From assembly GCA_039621445.1 (NCBI GenBank), contig CP154954.1, forward strand, positions 8,992,634 to 9,056,633: a stretch of 64,000 nt of DNA, read 5' to 3'. The notes under the pieces are model-generated. The model made no database searches. It was given only the letters and a program-made list of their open reading frames with translations, and had not been told where the DNA came from. The stretch comes from Euglena gracilis (lineage: Eukaryota). The translations under genes were made by a program, and so were the position numbers. Below, piece by piece: positions 48,713-62,180 of this stretch; position 1 is the stretch's first letter, and each line of letters starts with the position of its first letter.

Positions 48713-49874
48713 CCAGTTACTTTCGCTAAGCTTTCGCTAGCTCTGAGATTCTCTCTTTGTCTCATGGTTTAACCATGTCACTGTGTACAGCCCGGCCGTA
48801 GCCAAATTGTAGGCCGTAGCCCATTGTATTTGGTACACAGTGCCATGGCAGAATGGCTGCCTGGTACACACCAGTTTTTGGCGTCTCTTCCAAGAAAAGC
48901 AGGTTGCGAGCAACAGTGTCCGCAGCCCACCGAACCGTCCGGAAGTCTGTAGGAAGTCACCACGGGGGTGCCAAAATCACGTTTCCATGCATGGGTGGCA
49001 GGAGTGGGGCATTTAGTTTTCTGAGAGCCTTGTCCCACAATGGGGGACATCTACCACACATGCAGGTCTTTGTTGTGGCCACACCCCTCTCAGAGTTGGA
49101 GGGTCCCAAATCTGGGGGAAATTGGGCGGGGCAGATGGGAAGAAGAGAAAAAGTAGAGACAGTGTTCCTGTGGTTCCCCACTGCCCAATGGGGAGGGTTT
49201 GTGGCAGGACCACGGCCCCCCATGTAGGAACGGAGTTTTACAACACTGGGAAAAGAACACAGCACAATTCACAAAACAAAAAATACGTAGGCCAGTGACA
49301 TTTACTGCTGCAGCTGTGGTGGATGACCATGTAGGGGTAGTAGTCCAGTAAAAGGCCTGTCCAGGCGCACATCCCCAGGCCACCGGTGGATGACCGTCGT
49401 GGACCATGGGGGGGCTAGGGCCAACCACAGCACAGCCATTGGCACCAGCAGAGAAAAAGTAAATCCACAGGGAAAACTGGTGTGGCAGCTGGCACTGCCG
49501 GAGACCGGATTTGCAGGCAGTAATGAGGCCAAACAGAAGGCAAGTGTGACGGGGAATACCCCCGACTCCTCCCACTGGTAGGCTAACTCTCAGAAATGGT
49601 TGTAAAGTGTGGATTGACGTGATAGACCAGGTCGAAGGCGCAGATAGTTCACAGCCACATGTGTAATACACAATCGTCAAACTTGAGCAACTGTCAAGCT
49701 TTCAATACCAAAATACGGACATTGTGTGCAAAAGAGACACGACCTTTTTTTTAGGTGCTCAGAGAAACTCTGGAACGGTGGTGGGGCGAACCGAATCCAC
49801 CGACCAGTGGCACAGCCTACTGGATTTGTCAGAGTTCGTGGGAGGGGAGCTATGTACAGATGGGCGAGGCCCAC

Positions 49875-50458
49875 CGTCGGTGGGAGGGGTTTGAGGAAAA
49901 AAGACGACGAAAGTGTGAAGGTGTACTTGAATGAATTGAAATGCCTGGGAAATGGAACGCCCGACCGACTGGGCCTCCTTCTTCCTTTTCCCCCACCTAC
50001 GGTCACCACCCAGCCCCAGGGTTTTTCAATATAAAGAGCCTCCGGAGGGCCCAGGGCCGGAGGCCCGGCTTTTCGCCCCCTGTGAGTGGCTGGGTTGGCA
50101 TACGGGCGTAGGATCCAAAGCTTGAAACTGAATCTGGGTTTTTCTGTCCTTGAATCCAAAGAAAACCACAGAGAAGAACCTTTTTAGCATGATCTTGATT
50201 CAAAAGGCAAAGCACACACAAGGCAATCTGCACACCTTGGTTGAACACACCTGTGCTTGCAGTGGGTGAGAGGAACATACAAACAATGATTTTTGTAACG
50301 GAATGCCTTGCTCCTTCATTCTTTTCTTTTGGATTTCCAGAATTGCAACATTTTGCTCACCTTCCAATTGACTTCCGGAGCTTCCTACCCACTGGGTGAG
50401 TCCTATCGCGGGGGGGAATGTTGAGAAACCGGCTGTCGGCGGGCCGACAGCCGACACC
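49875..50458. repeat. Dispersed ~585-nt repeat, copy 1 (copy 2 at 54253-54833)
   Basis: Near-identical direct repeat; possibly an LTR piece. Confidence 0.9.
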
Positions 50459-53400
50459 CCCTCCCTTGCGACGTTAGTCGGACCAATTTTTGCCCCCCCC
50501 CCCCTTGAAATGGGGGAAAGTGCATTTTTTTTTAAGATTGGGCCGTTTTGGCCTCCGGGGGCATTTTTTACTTTTTTGAAGGGCTGTGGTGACCCCCCCA
50601 GCAACTTGATAGTGCTTTTAGGGGCACCTGAAAAATCAGGTGATAATGGGGCTAGCCCCCCCCCCTCCGGTGGTGGAAGGGAGAAAGAAACGTCCCACAA
50701 AAATGTGAGGGAATTCTTGTACTTTGTTGAGTCCGAACTTGTGTATGCAAAAGGAACATGGAACCCATAAAAGAATAAAAAACAAAGAAACCTTCGGGCA
50801 CACTTCCCCCCAGGTGTGTCCCTCACACTGCCTTAATTAAAACGTCCCTTTGGCAGCGTTCAAGAATATTGCCCCTGGTGAGGAAGGAAAGAACCCAAGC
50901 AATAACAACTGAACAGTCGTTGATTTTTTTTTGTGAAGAAATGAAATTCCTTTGAATCAGGGACTTGGCTCACAGTGCCCGGCGTAATTCTTTGATTGGG
51001 TAAAAAAAGGAAGAGCGAAGCATTCTTTTCCAGTGAAGAGAAAATGGATAGCAGAGGAGAGAGCGAGAACAAAGGCAACGAAGGTTGGGTTAATGGACAG
51101 GACAGTGAGCGTAATGAGGTGAGGGTAAGTGAATAAACAGTGGAGTAGTGTACAATGTGCGGGTGCGGTGGGGTGTGTGGTGTGGGATCCCGTATTGTTT
51201 GCTCCAATCGAAAAACCAACCGACAATGTGTCTGGAAGTCTTTCTTTCGGGAAAGGGCATCTCTTTGGCCCACCGAAAAAATGAACAAAAATTCACGGGG
51301 CATCCGTTTGGCCCTCAGCCGCAACACGTGGCTCTGAGAAAATGGCCCATACACCTGGTCCAGAACTGAGGAGGGTCCACCCCCCCCCGAGTTCGAATAT
51401 TCCATGAAAATTGCAGTTCTCAAAATCCAAACCGAAGTCTGAAAAATCCGAACTCGGTTTTCTCCTTGGAAAAAAATAGAAATCCCAGGTTTTTTCCAAC
51501 ACAGATGTATCTCCACAAAAGCAGGGCCTGCAAAAGCCCTCAACAAATCCAACCAGGAATTACAACCTCCAATCCCAAAGTCAGCCACACAATATCCCAC
51601 AACAGGTGCATGGACTGCACAAGCTGTGCCAAACCGAACAACAATATCCGTGACAACCAACCGAACTGCCCCCCCCCCCCCCCCCGGCAACACAGCTGTC
51701 AGGGTCGAGGGTTCCCAGCAAATTCAAAAATCCCGAAGAATGCGACTCTCCAGGAATATTCTCACTGCCCCCATTCACACGGGGCAATGGGGGTTAAATG
51801 ACTTGGCAATCTCAAAAATCACAAAAATTTAAATCCAAGTTTCGCAGCCAAGGCGATTTTTTGCTGCCCCCCCCCAACAAGAGGCAAGGGGCATAACCTG
51901 GCTTCAGCCTCCAAGCCCAAAAAAAAAATGACAAAGGCTGTCATGTCCAACCCGAATGAAATCAAACGACTCCAAAACATGGGACTTCGCACTGCCCCCC
52001 CCCCCGCAAAAGGGCCGGAGGGCAAAACCTCAATTAAGTCAACCTGGGCTTCACATTCCCAAACCGACTGCAAAACAAAAATCAGCTCCATCAAAGCCGA
52101 ATTAGTCACAGGATCAGGCTTTGCTGAGCCCCCCCCCCCCCAAAGCACACAGGGTGGCAGGGGTCCAGAAACTCAGGGTTCACACGAGCCGAAATCTGCC
52201 AGGATCCAAAAGTCAGAAAAAATTGAACGCTCAATCCTGAGGCTCGGTACTCCAAAGAAAGTAATCCAGTTGTCATAACAATTACTTCGGTGCACTCAGC
52301 CAAATGGACCCCCCCACAAATGATGGGAGAACCCATTTACATTTGTATTCCTCCAAAATTATTCTCTGGAGGAAAAGTAAGCTGATTCTTGAACCCAGGA
52401 AATTGGGGCAGCCCCCCCCCCCCCATACGACGAGGCCACACCGCTTGTGGAGAGTTGAGACTGTCTCAGAGCGGGAGAATGAATCCTGGGCCTCAGCCCT
52501 GAAGCAAAACCCATTATCAGCCCAGGCTTCGACACACCAAGGCCCAGCATTAAACTTGCAGCTGGGTAACAATACCACTTCCAAGTACCAACCGTGGCGA
52601 CGAAATTCTGCTTGTGGTAGTCCAAATTGCAAAATTCTTGATAAATTCTCCACGGTCAAATTCTCGAACTTGCTCCTTGTGTTGTTGAGTTGAAAACCTG
52701 CACGAGGGGAAAAAAGAAACAAAAAAAAACTAAACACAGCAACAATAAAGCTGGACAATATGGCTGCCTCCTCACAACACCCATCACAGATTGAGATTAC
52801 GGCTCACCATTTAGCCAACAGATCGCACAAGTCAAGGGGAAAAATGAAATTTGCCACAACTTTGGGATTTTTTCCAGAAATATTCTGGTGGACTTCTTTT
52901 CCCAACAGGCTTGACAATACAACAAAATTTCACAAAACAAAATTCTGGCGATTATGCAGCTGAACAGCACCCTCAGCTGCCCAATGATGACTCTGAGATT
53001 TTCCAGAATGGGGCTCTCAGAAAACGCAACCACCCATATTTCCCAGCTGATTGCGTTTCTTGGAGGTTTATACAAGAGATGGTGCGGCCGCAGCACCTCT
53101 TGTGTATGTTCCCCCCCTCGTCACTCATCAACTGAAAACTTGGATTGGTCACTAAAAATTCCCCAGGTTGCAACCAAAAAAAAACCACTGAACTGAAACT
53201 GAACCACTGAACACTGAAAACTGAACACCTATGAACTCAGGATCCCTGGGCCCTTAAGTGTGTGTCGACGGTGGTGTCTGTTCCTCCCGGATTTACGCAC
53301 CCGGTACCCCTCTTTGACCAGTCACTCCCAGAAATTAAGGAAAATTACTCTGCCTGCCAGTGTTCGATAGAGGTGTTATTTTCCCTTACTATTATTACCC

Positions 53401-54252
53401 AAAACCATACTGGGCTGCCTCACTGGAAGCACACCGAAACTGAGTGAAACAGCAAAACTGTGAAAATGGAACAGGTCGATGCATGTCCCAGACAGGAAAA
53501 AAGTCACTGAACAAACCAGTAAACCTCTCCCAAAAGATGGATTCGGAGCCCACAAATGCATGGGATCAGCATACAAACCCACTGAAATGATGTCCCAGTC
53601 TGTGGATTGAGCACCTGCCACACCTGGAGTGAACTCACCCTGATCAAAGTTAAACTGGGACTGGCAAAACAAGAAACTATTGAAACTGTTTGTCTGGCTG
53701 CTTGAGCACAAGTAAAAGGGTACTGTGCACCCCAGAGAAAACGGTGTTTCTCAAAAATGACATGCTTCAAGAATTCTGAGGTTTATCCGAAAAATCCACA
53801 ACCAGAAAACGATGAAAAACCTGAATCACTGGTGAAGAAAAGGTAAACTTGACTTTCCCACAGCCAAAACTGTAAAACGACCAATGAAAATGAAAACCTG
53901 AAAATGAAAACTTCTGCCAGAAAATTTATCTTCCAGATTGGACTCACAGTTCGTTCAAAAAAGCACTGCCTGAATTTGGGAAAAAATTGCTGAAAATAAG
54001 ACACTGACAAAAACCACAAGCCACAGAAAAAAAATCACACCCGACAACAACCTGGAGCTTAGAGCTTGGCTCTTGACTGACACTCAACCTGGCCCGTTCT
54101 CCTTGCTCACAGATTGATTCCATTCCATTTGCCGAACGCCAGATGATTCACCCACTCAGTTTTACAGCACAGATTGGTGCAGATTCTAAAAAACCACAGA
54201 TTTCAAAAAGATTCTGCTGGGCACAGTCCAGCAGCAAACCTCTGCTTACCAT

Positions 54253-54833
54253 GTCGGTGGGAGGTTTTGAGGAAAAAAGACGACGAAAGTGTGAAGGTGT
54301 ACCGGAATGAATTGAAATGCCTGGGAAATGGAGTGCCCGACCGACTGGGCCTCCTTCTTCCTTTTCCCCCACCTACGGTCACCACCCAGCCCCAGGGTTT
54401 TTCAATATAAAGAGCCTCCGGAGGGCCCAGGGCCGGAGGCCCGGCTTTTCGCCCCCTGTGAGTGGCTGGGTTGGCATACGGGCGTAGGATCCAAAGCTTG
54501 AAACTGAATCTGGGTTTTTCTGTCCTTGAATCCAAAGAAAACCACAGAGAAGAACCTTTTTAGCATGGACTTGATTCAAAAGGCAAAGCACACACAAGGC
54601 AATCTGCACACCTTGGTTGAACACACCTGTGCTTGCAGTGGGTGACAGGAACATACAAACAATGATTTTTGGAATGGAATGCCTTGCTCCTTCATTCTTT
54701 TCTTTTGTATTTCCAGAATTGCAACATTTTGCTCACCTTCCAATTGACTTCCAGAGCTTCCTACCCACTGGGTGAGTCCTATCGCGGGGGGGAATGTTGA
54801 GAAACCGTCTGTTGGCGGGCCGACAGCCGACAC
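54253..54833. repeat. Dispersed ~585-nt repeat, copy 2
   Basis: Matches 49875-50458. Confidence 0.9.
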
Positions 54834-54846
54834 CACGGGCCGCAAA

Positions 54847-55613
54847 GGTATACGCAGTGGCGGTTGAGGGGTGAGGAGATTGGTAGAGGGTGAGGGGGAC
54901 TGCGTGTGCTCGAGGTGGTCATGTGGGTGCCCGGCTGCCGGATCGGTCAGCTGCCCCGAGGGCGTCCCAGTCGGGCGTTGGAGGGTTTGTGCTGGCGCTC
55001 ACTCGGTCCCTTCTGCGGCGGGTGCGTGCGGTTGGGTGGCCTTGTGGACCACCATTCGGCTTCTGTGGCGTTAGTGCCTCGGTTGGACCTTGTCACGATG
55101 CGAAGGCAGGCAGGGGGGGGTGACACGTTCGTGTTGTGGGGCTCAACGAAGGAAGTGTTTGGGGCGCAACATTGTGTGACTTGGCGGGAGAGTGCGAGCG
55201 CTAGTAGCTGATAACTTTCGGCCTGTCTTGTGCAGCGCACATCGCCCTGTTCCCAGGAGAGAGACAACAAAGAGACACGACTGGCTTTTTTTTTCGGCAG
55301 GCGTGGAGGCACCAGAACGGTGGTGGGGCGAGCCGAATCCACCGACCAGTGGCACAGCCTACTGGATTTGTCACAGTTCGTGGGAAGGGAGCTATGTACA
55401 GATGGGCGAGGCCCATGGTGGCCCACAAGGCCACCCAACCGCACGCACCCGCCACAGAAGGAGCGCCACCGAGAGAGCGCCAGCACAAACGGGGGCGCCC
55501 TCGGAGCACCTCACCAACCCGGCAGCCGGGCACCCGCCCGACCACCTCGAGCACACACAGTCCCCCTCACCCTCGACCGTTCTCCTCTCCCCTCTTCCGC
55601 CACCGCTTATACC
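54847..55613. repeat. Imperfect ~200-nt inverted repeat (arms 54847-55055 and 55415-55613)
   Basis: gggtgcgtgcggttgggtggccttgtgg / ccacaaggccacccaaccgcacgcaccc and further reverse-complement blocks. Confidence 0.85.
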
Positions 55614-56505
55614 TATGCTGCCCATTCGGCGTCTGTGGTGTTTGTGTTCCCTTGCTATTGTTGTTGTAGTTGTTGTTGTTTGTTTAACGGAGCAGGTGCT
55701 TGGGCTGCAGGAGGTGGAAGACCTGTAGTAGCGGAGCACTTCTCCTTCTTATCCAGGGGTTTGTTCTTGAGGTAGCCGTACTGCCGCTCCAGGGACAGGG
55801 ACTTGTCGTCCCGCAGGCAGTCAAACGAGTTGCGTCGCCGCTTGCCATACCGGATGAGTGGTGCACTGGCCGCCATGGACCCTTGGCTGGCGGCGTGCGC
55901 ATGGCGAGTTGGTTTTCAAAGAAAAAAACGGAGGATGTACACAAATTGAATTAATTATTTGCCAGTTCCCTCACAGCGTCCGGGATAAAATAACGCCAAA
56001 AAAATATTTAAATTCACTTTTGCCCTTTATCACACCGGGCATTTTACTTTGGTCCAAGCAGAAACAATTCCGAGTGGCCTTTAATACACACGCACACAAT
56101 GCATTCAGCAATACCCTCCTGGGGTGATTGTCTTCTGGGTCTCAACCAATGGATTCACTTAACACCTGTGTGACCCATCCCACAAGGGGGGGGGGGTTCG
56201 AGAGTGCGTGGGTGGGTTGGGGTCCTGGGACCCCCCCCCAAAAAAAATCCAGCCAAAATCGGCAGAAAACGGTGAAAAATTTTCCGGGTAAAAACCTGAC
56301 CCATGGCGTGCCCCACCCCTGGTTGACCCCCCCCCAGGGGGTCGTGCGTGGGTAGGTTTGGGCCCGGGAAACAGTGTCCCTCCCCGGGGAGTCACTATAT
56401 GAATCTATGGACTAAACAAACACACTTCAACTGACCCGTGTATGTCCCCTACCAACTTCGCAATTGACCAAAACCATGAAAAACATAAAGGTCGATTTTT
56501 GTGGG

Positions 56506-59458
56506 GAGGGCGATGGCCACGTTCTGATAAATCTCTGCCTCCTTGATTTCTCGTTCGGCGCCCTGTTGCCAGGACGAGGCGCGTTTGGCCACTCGGCCTA
56601 GCGTCTTGGCTGTTTCGGGGCCCATGCCACCCCATGTCCCCAGGGCGAACGGCGTGAAGCCCCACCCTGCTTGCTGGCAGGGGATGGTGTACTTCTGCTC
56701 CTTGGCCTCCTCCCTTCTCTTTAGGAAGGACCTCCAGCGCTCGCGGGTGGCATTCTTTTTTGTGGTCTGCCATCCGTGGCAGACGGTGACGTCCAGTGCC
56801 GTTGGCTTTCCCTCAGACCAGCAGCCAAGTAGGAGGTTCGCCGGGCGTACGTGACTGTCGCGGGCCGTCGGCAGGGAAACTTCCTTCTGTACCCGCTGTT
56901 CGCTGTTGGACAAGGTTTGAAATAGCGCGTCCTGTACAGCGTTGTGGCGGGTTGCGAAATTTTTCCTCTGGCAGCAGAGGAGGTGGTCGCCCTGCCTGTC
57001 CAGGGGTTGGCCGCAGCCTGTGCACGGCTGGCTGATATGCGTCAGCACCGGGAGGCCCAACCACCATTTTAGACCCAGGGTATAGTCTTCGCTGGAGAAG
57101 GTGGTATGAGAGTTGTTCGAGGGGCAGGCCGCCATCCAGTCGTGTCCGAAACCCGTGGCATGTTCCAGCAGGCGGTTCTGGTCCCGGGGCCGAGCCTGGT
57201 CCACTAGGTCGTCCATTGCCTTCTTGCCCAGCTCGTGATTCCACCACTTCTGCTTCCGCGGCTCCTGGTCCGCGGACGCGATTCGCTGTGGGTTGTTAAG
57301 GAAGGTGGTCACGGTGGCATGGTTGGCACCCAGCCTGCCCCTGAGGTCGTCCAAAACGGGTGTGACCAAGGTAAGCTGCGGGTTGACTGCGTAGTCGGGC
57401 ATTCCCACCCACCGGGCCCCGTCTGAGTAGAAGTCTGCGAGGCAGGAAATCCTTGCCGCGGGTTGGATGTATGACGGTATGCGAAGGCCGCAGCCGCCAC
57501 TTGACAGGGGCAGCGAGGCCTGTGTCCGCTGTTGCGAGTTTAGCGCCGTGCCCAGTATGTCCTCGAAGGCGTTCATGATTGCCTCCGAGCAGCTGCTTAC
57601 TTGGTCTTGGCTGCCATAGGAGTTGGACGCACGCAGAAGATGGTTCACCTTGCAGCCGTCCAGGCAGCTCCGTAGCAGATGATGCGCTACCTGGGCGTCG
57701 GTCAGGGAAGTTATTGTGGATGTGGCCTTCTCAATTTTGGCGGCAGCGTCTTCCCACGCTGTCTTGGTGGTGTCTGAAGATGCCGGATGGTCAACTGGGA
57801 TGCCGAGGACAGTAATGCCCTCCACTGGTGTCCAAGGGACAAGCTGTATTTTGTCGCGGCTGGGTGTGCTTTTCGCTCCCGGGCCACCACAGGACGCATT
57901 TTCGCTGGTTCAGGCCGAGACCTACACGGTGGGACTCTTGCAGCAGGAAACGTAGGCAGTGCTCAATCCTGTCCAGGGTCCCGACCAAAAGGTCATCGTC
58001 CAGGTACCAGCTGTTCCACAGTAGCTGGCCGTCCCTGGTAATCTGCTCCGGTAGGGGCTGTAGTGCCAGGGCGAACCCAATGGGGCCCAGAGGACAGCCT
58101 TGGTGTGTCTCCCGTTGTGAGAGGATGGACCGGCCGCCGCAGAAGAGGGGCACGGGTGTGCTGTAGGCAAACCTCAGGAAATTGAACAGGCTGGGGGTCC
58201 GTGTCTCCGCTTCCGTGAGGATTGCCCCACGGTCCACGGTGTTGAACGCGTTGGAGTAGTCCACCTGGAGAGATACCCAGGGCGATGTGTCCCCCAGCCG
58301 ATTGACGAGGTGTTGCATGCCCAGGGCGACGGCTTCAGCCGCATTTCGTACCCCTACCGCAACCTGTGTGGGGGCGAGGGTTGCGACCTCCGACCGTGCA
58401 TTTGGTGTCTGGAGCAGCGCCTTCCCCACCAGGCGTCGAATGGTCTCCCCCACCGCTACGGGTCGCACCCCGTTGTCCTTCTTGCCGAGGGGTGTCAGGT
58501 TTGCGCAGCACCAGGCCGCAGCGTGGTGCGGTGGCAGTTGACCGTGAACCCAGACGTGGGTCAGTCCTGCAAGGGCTGTGATCAGCTTCGCCCCCCGGCC
58601 CGGTCTGCGCAGGCAGTCTGGGAGGTGGCTGGGCCGCAGGCCGGATGGTCCTGGTGCGGATCCCCGTGGGAAACGGCGGATGGCCTCCTTCAATCTGTCC
58701 TCCCATTCAGGGCTGTAGTTCTCTGGGAAAGGCCGCACGTGCCGTGGGAGGCGGTTGGTGTCGACATGTCTGCCAGCCGGATGCAGCTTCTCCAGGGCGG
58801 CCCAGACTTCCGGGTCGTCTGGCTGGTGAGCGCCCTGGGAGAGCAGTACCTGGAACACCTTTGCAGACGCCCCTTCGCCCGTGAGGGTGCGAACACGTCT
58901 CGTCATAGCCTCACTGAGGGCAGACGACTGTGTTCTAGAGCGTTTCTGTGCCCTGGTCTCCACGATGGAGTGTCGTGTCTGTGCGTCCTTCATTGCCTCT
59001 GACAGGAGGCTGGCGTAATCCTCCTCGCGGAAAAGTCTGGTGCGTCTCATCAGGATGGACTCCAGCTCAGCAGCCGGGGGTGGTGTGCTTGTTGAAGCCG
59101 GTCGTAGGACGAGCTTTGGGAAGGAGAGTACACCGAACAAGGCTGCGTCTGAGGGTGCGTGGGCATAGGTGCTGATGGCATCTGCCATGGTGTCAAAGAC
59201 AGGTTGTTGGCAGGCCGAAGGTAGTTGAAGGAGGGTCGGGATTCTCTGCTGTAGGATGTGGGTGATGTTGCAAGGGGGGGTGCCCACGACGAGGGTGTGC
59301 GTGGACTGCCCCCGGAGATTGGACTCCTGCCCGGCGCTATCGATGACCACTGCGGCGTCGCGTTCCGGGTGTGCAAGGTCTAGCAACAGGAGGTCCTGGT
59401 CCCGGACAGCTGCCACCTCCGGTGCAGCGCGGGGTGACGCAGGTGCTGGGCGCTTCGC
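56506..59458 (-). pseudogene. RT + CCHC + restriction-like endonuclease
   Basis: SAPGPSGLRP, RPVAVGETIRRLVGK, VDYSNAFNTVDR, QGCPLGP, WYLDD, LPLSSGGCG, CTGC..DHLLCC, RHNAV, RPANLL..ALDVTV..K..KY; frameshift ~57850. Confidence 0.92.
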
Positions 59459-59512
59459 TAGTCCGGGATTCTCCTCTATGTCCCCAAAGGTGAGGAGGCT
59501 GCCCCGTCCGTC
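59459..59512 (-). other. 2A-like StopGo peptide 2 (DGRGSLLTFGDIEENPG-L)
   Basis: 14/18 identical to T2A (EGRGSLLTCGDVEENPGP); final codon CTA is one change from Pro CCA. Confidence 0.85.
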
Positions 59513-59899
59513 ACGTCTGCCCTGGTAGGGGGCTGTGGGGCGCATCCCACTTGTTATCTGAAAGGCGGGCGGGCCCGATGCGGCGCGTGGGAGGGGGCCG
59601 ATCAGCCGGATGAGGGTGTGGCAGTCCCAAGGCCAGTGACTTTGGCCACAGTGCGGGCACTGTTCTGGTGGCGGCAAGCGAATGTCCCAGAGATACCCCT
59701 TTTGCAACAGGAAGAGGCATGAGGCGAATGGAATGAGTCGGAAGGATCCTTTGGCGCAGTCGAGGGCGACCCATGCCTCGGGGGGCGGCAGATCCGTGGC
59801 CCTGATGTGCGGGATTTTGGTGGGGCGTGACCACTGATACGGTGGCGTCATCCGACACGTCGGTCGGGCGGATGTGCGGGACAGGGGCTTCGTGTGTAT

Positions 59900-60290
59900 C
59901 CGCATGGCCCATGTGGACCACGGTGGCGGTTCCAAAAGCAGATTCCCCTGGGCACGATACAATGGGGTTCCGGTAGGTAACTGAAAGAGGTTTCCGCAAT
60001 CAGCAGGAGGTGGTGCAGTTCTGGCCGCGTGGATGGACACAGGAGAAGGACATGCCCTCCTTCTGTCTTGAGCTTGTTTAGAATCTGGGGCAGCAAGTGC
60101 CACGTTCATCCATACCGGGTTTCTCCGATACCAGTCCTGCAGAAGCGCATTTGTGCTCTTATCCCAGAAGTGAGGGTAATGAGTGTTATGTGCAGCCGCG
60201 AAGGCGTCTATGTCGGGCTCCAGAACTGGGCTCAGCCTCTAGCCTCTGGACAACTCTTCGTTGCCACGCGGCGTCCAGCATGTAGTCCCC
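59900..60290 (-). pseudogene. Dam/DIRS-MT-like amino-methyltransferase domain (frameshifted)
   Basis: GDYMLD..W..PDIDAFAAAHN..FWDKSTNALLQDW..VWMN[PP]WHLLPQILNKLKTEGGHVLLLCP..LFQLPTGTPLY; AAC-G-TGG restores NPPW if 5 C are reinserted. Confidence 0.8.
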
Positions 60291-60302
60291 GTCAGCTGAG
60301 GC

Positions 60303-60345
60303 CGGCCCCAGATTCTCCTCCACACAGTCCCCACCAGTTGCCGTC
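60303..60345 (-). other. 2A-like StopGo peptide 1 (GDCVEENLGP)
   Basis: GAC TGT GTG GAG GAG AAT CTG GGG CCG; CTG is one C>T from CCG (NPGP); sits 4 codons before the MTase. Confidence 0.6.
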
Positions 60346-62180
60346 CCCCGTCCAAGCGACTCAATTTCATCTGCCTCGTGCATAAATTGTGTCGTGCACA
60401 CGAAATAATGTTGATCCAGCGTTTTGGGTGTGCTGGGCAGAAGGCGATGGCAGAGTCCACAGCGCACCTTGAAGTGCGTGTTCCACCAGTCTTTTTGGAA
60501 GAGGAAACATTGTTCCCGCTTGCACCATACCGTGAAACGGGAGAGTTCCTGCCTTCACATCCTGCTTTGGAATAGGGCCGGTTTGGGGAGCTCCGCTCTT
60601 TCGCGCAATCTCTTGGTTTGTCCCTCCGGGGGGGGGGTGCCGCTCGGGTGCACGCACGGGCGGGATACTCTTCCCCGCTCTCCGAGACCGTCTGCTTCCA
60701 GTAAGAGGGTGAGAGAGACTGTCCACCAAAACCAATGGGAATGCTAATATGGAGGGGGTCGCCCCATTTCCTGGGATAATATCTCCACAGGGGGGGGAGG
60801 GTTGGCGACCTGTTGGCGGCGATCCTCCTTTTCATCCTTGTTGTGGTTGGCTGGTGGTCCTCTTCCGGGGGGGGGGGGGGGCGGTGTGTACTGCATGCCC
60901 ACTTCCCGGAGGTCCGTCACTGTGATGCTTTGAGGTGGTGTTTTGGGCCGTGGGTGTCCCCACCTCGGGTGGGCTGCGGGGGCGGCCTGCTGGGTTGGGG
61001 TCTCCCTGGTGCCCCCCTGTGGGGGGTCTCTGTGGGAAATGTTTTGGGTTGGGCCCCCCCCAGGGATAATGGTCCCCGGTTCCGGTGCTGGCAAGGGGTG
61101 TGGGGGTTGGAAGGGCTTTGGGGCCCATTTTGGACAACTTTAAGTCCAAGCTCCTCCCCATGTGTTCCCACTTGTGTTTTTTTGTTGGTGAGTCTTTCCT
61201 TTAAAATGTCTCCCACGGGTCTGACCCATGGTGTCGACCAACTTTTTTGTCTTAATTTCCAAAAATTCCTTTCCTTGTCCCCCCTGGGGGGGCTCCCCTC
61301 TCTGGAGGGGGGGGCTCGTGGAAACCCACTGTCCAATAAGCTGACTTCCTATTTTCATCCTCCAGGGTGTTGTAGATGGGGGTTGGAATTTGTAAGATGG
61401 AACTTTTTTGAGGCTGCTGGGGCTCATTTGGGGGATTGATTTGGGTGCTTTCTGGTGGGGTGTTGTTTGATTTGGGGGCAAGGCAAACAGATACCATTCT
61501 GGAGAGGATATGGGCCAGGCTTGTTCCATTTAGTCCCTGATCTTCAGTTACTTCTGCAGCAAAACCTTCAGGGTCTGCGGGGCCTGCAGCAGTTGTTGCT
61601 CCTCTTGTTGATTCTGGTTGCTGTGGTTCTGGTTGCTTTGAAAAATGCTGTTCCAGATTTGCTGAGTGGGGCAAGATGGGTAATCCATTGGTAGGGGGGG
61701 ACATGCTTGGGGCCCTTGTGGGCTTCTGCTTGGGCTGATCATTGTTGGTCTTGGTTCGGGGGCCTGGGCCCATTGGTGCCCTGGGGCCCATTGATGCTGG
61801 GGCCCTGGGGCCCCTGGTGCTGTGTACGGGGCGTTTGGTCGCCGTCGTTGGTGGGGTGGCACATACTTTTCACCCCACCTCTGCTTCAGCCACTCTTCGT
61901 GACTGTCTTGCCAACTTCGGGCTCTCTTCTCAGCTGGCCGGGGTCTGGGAGGCGGTGTCGGGTCAGACTGCAGTCTGGCACAGACTGCGGCGGTCAGGGC
62001 GGGGAGCAATTCGTCTAACAACTCCTTCTGCACGTCGGGGACTTCGGGACTGCTGGCAGTGGGCTTGTTCTCGTCACAATGCATTGCAATGGGGTTGTTG
62101 TCGTCACAGGCTTGAGAAGCAGGTGTCGGTGGACCAAAAGGGGAGACCTCCCCCTTTCCAGCCATGTATATGCGGAAACG

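Noticed and set aside
50460-54240. Host gene exons
   Set aside because: No recognisable motifs; short exons with non-canonical euglenid introns cannot be excluded by eye.
59459-59512. Synthetic T2A vector contamination
   Set aside because: Four residues differ, there is no vector sequence nearby, and it lies inside the retrotransposon ORF.
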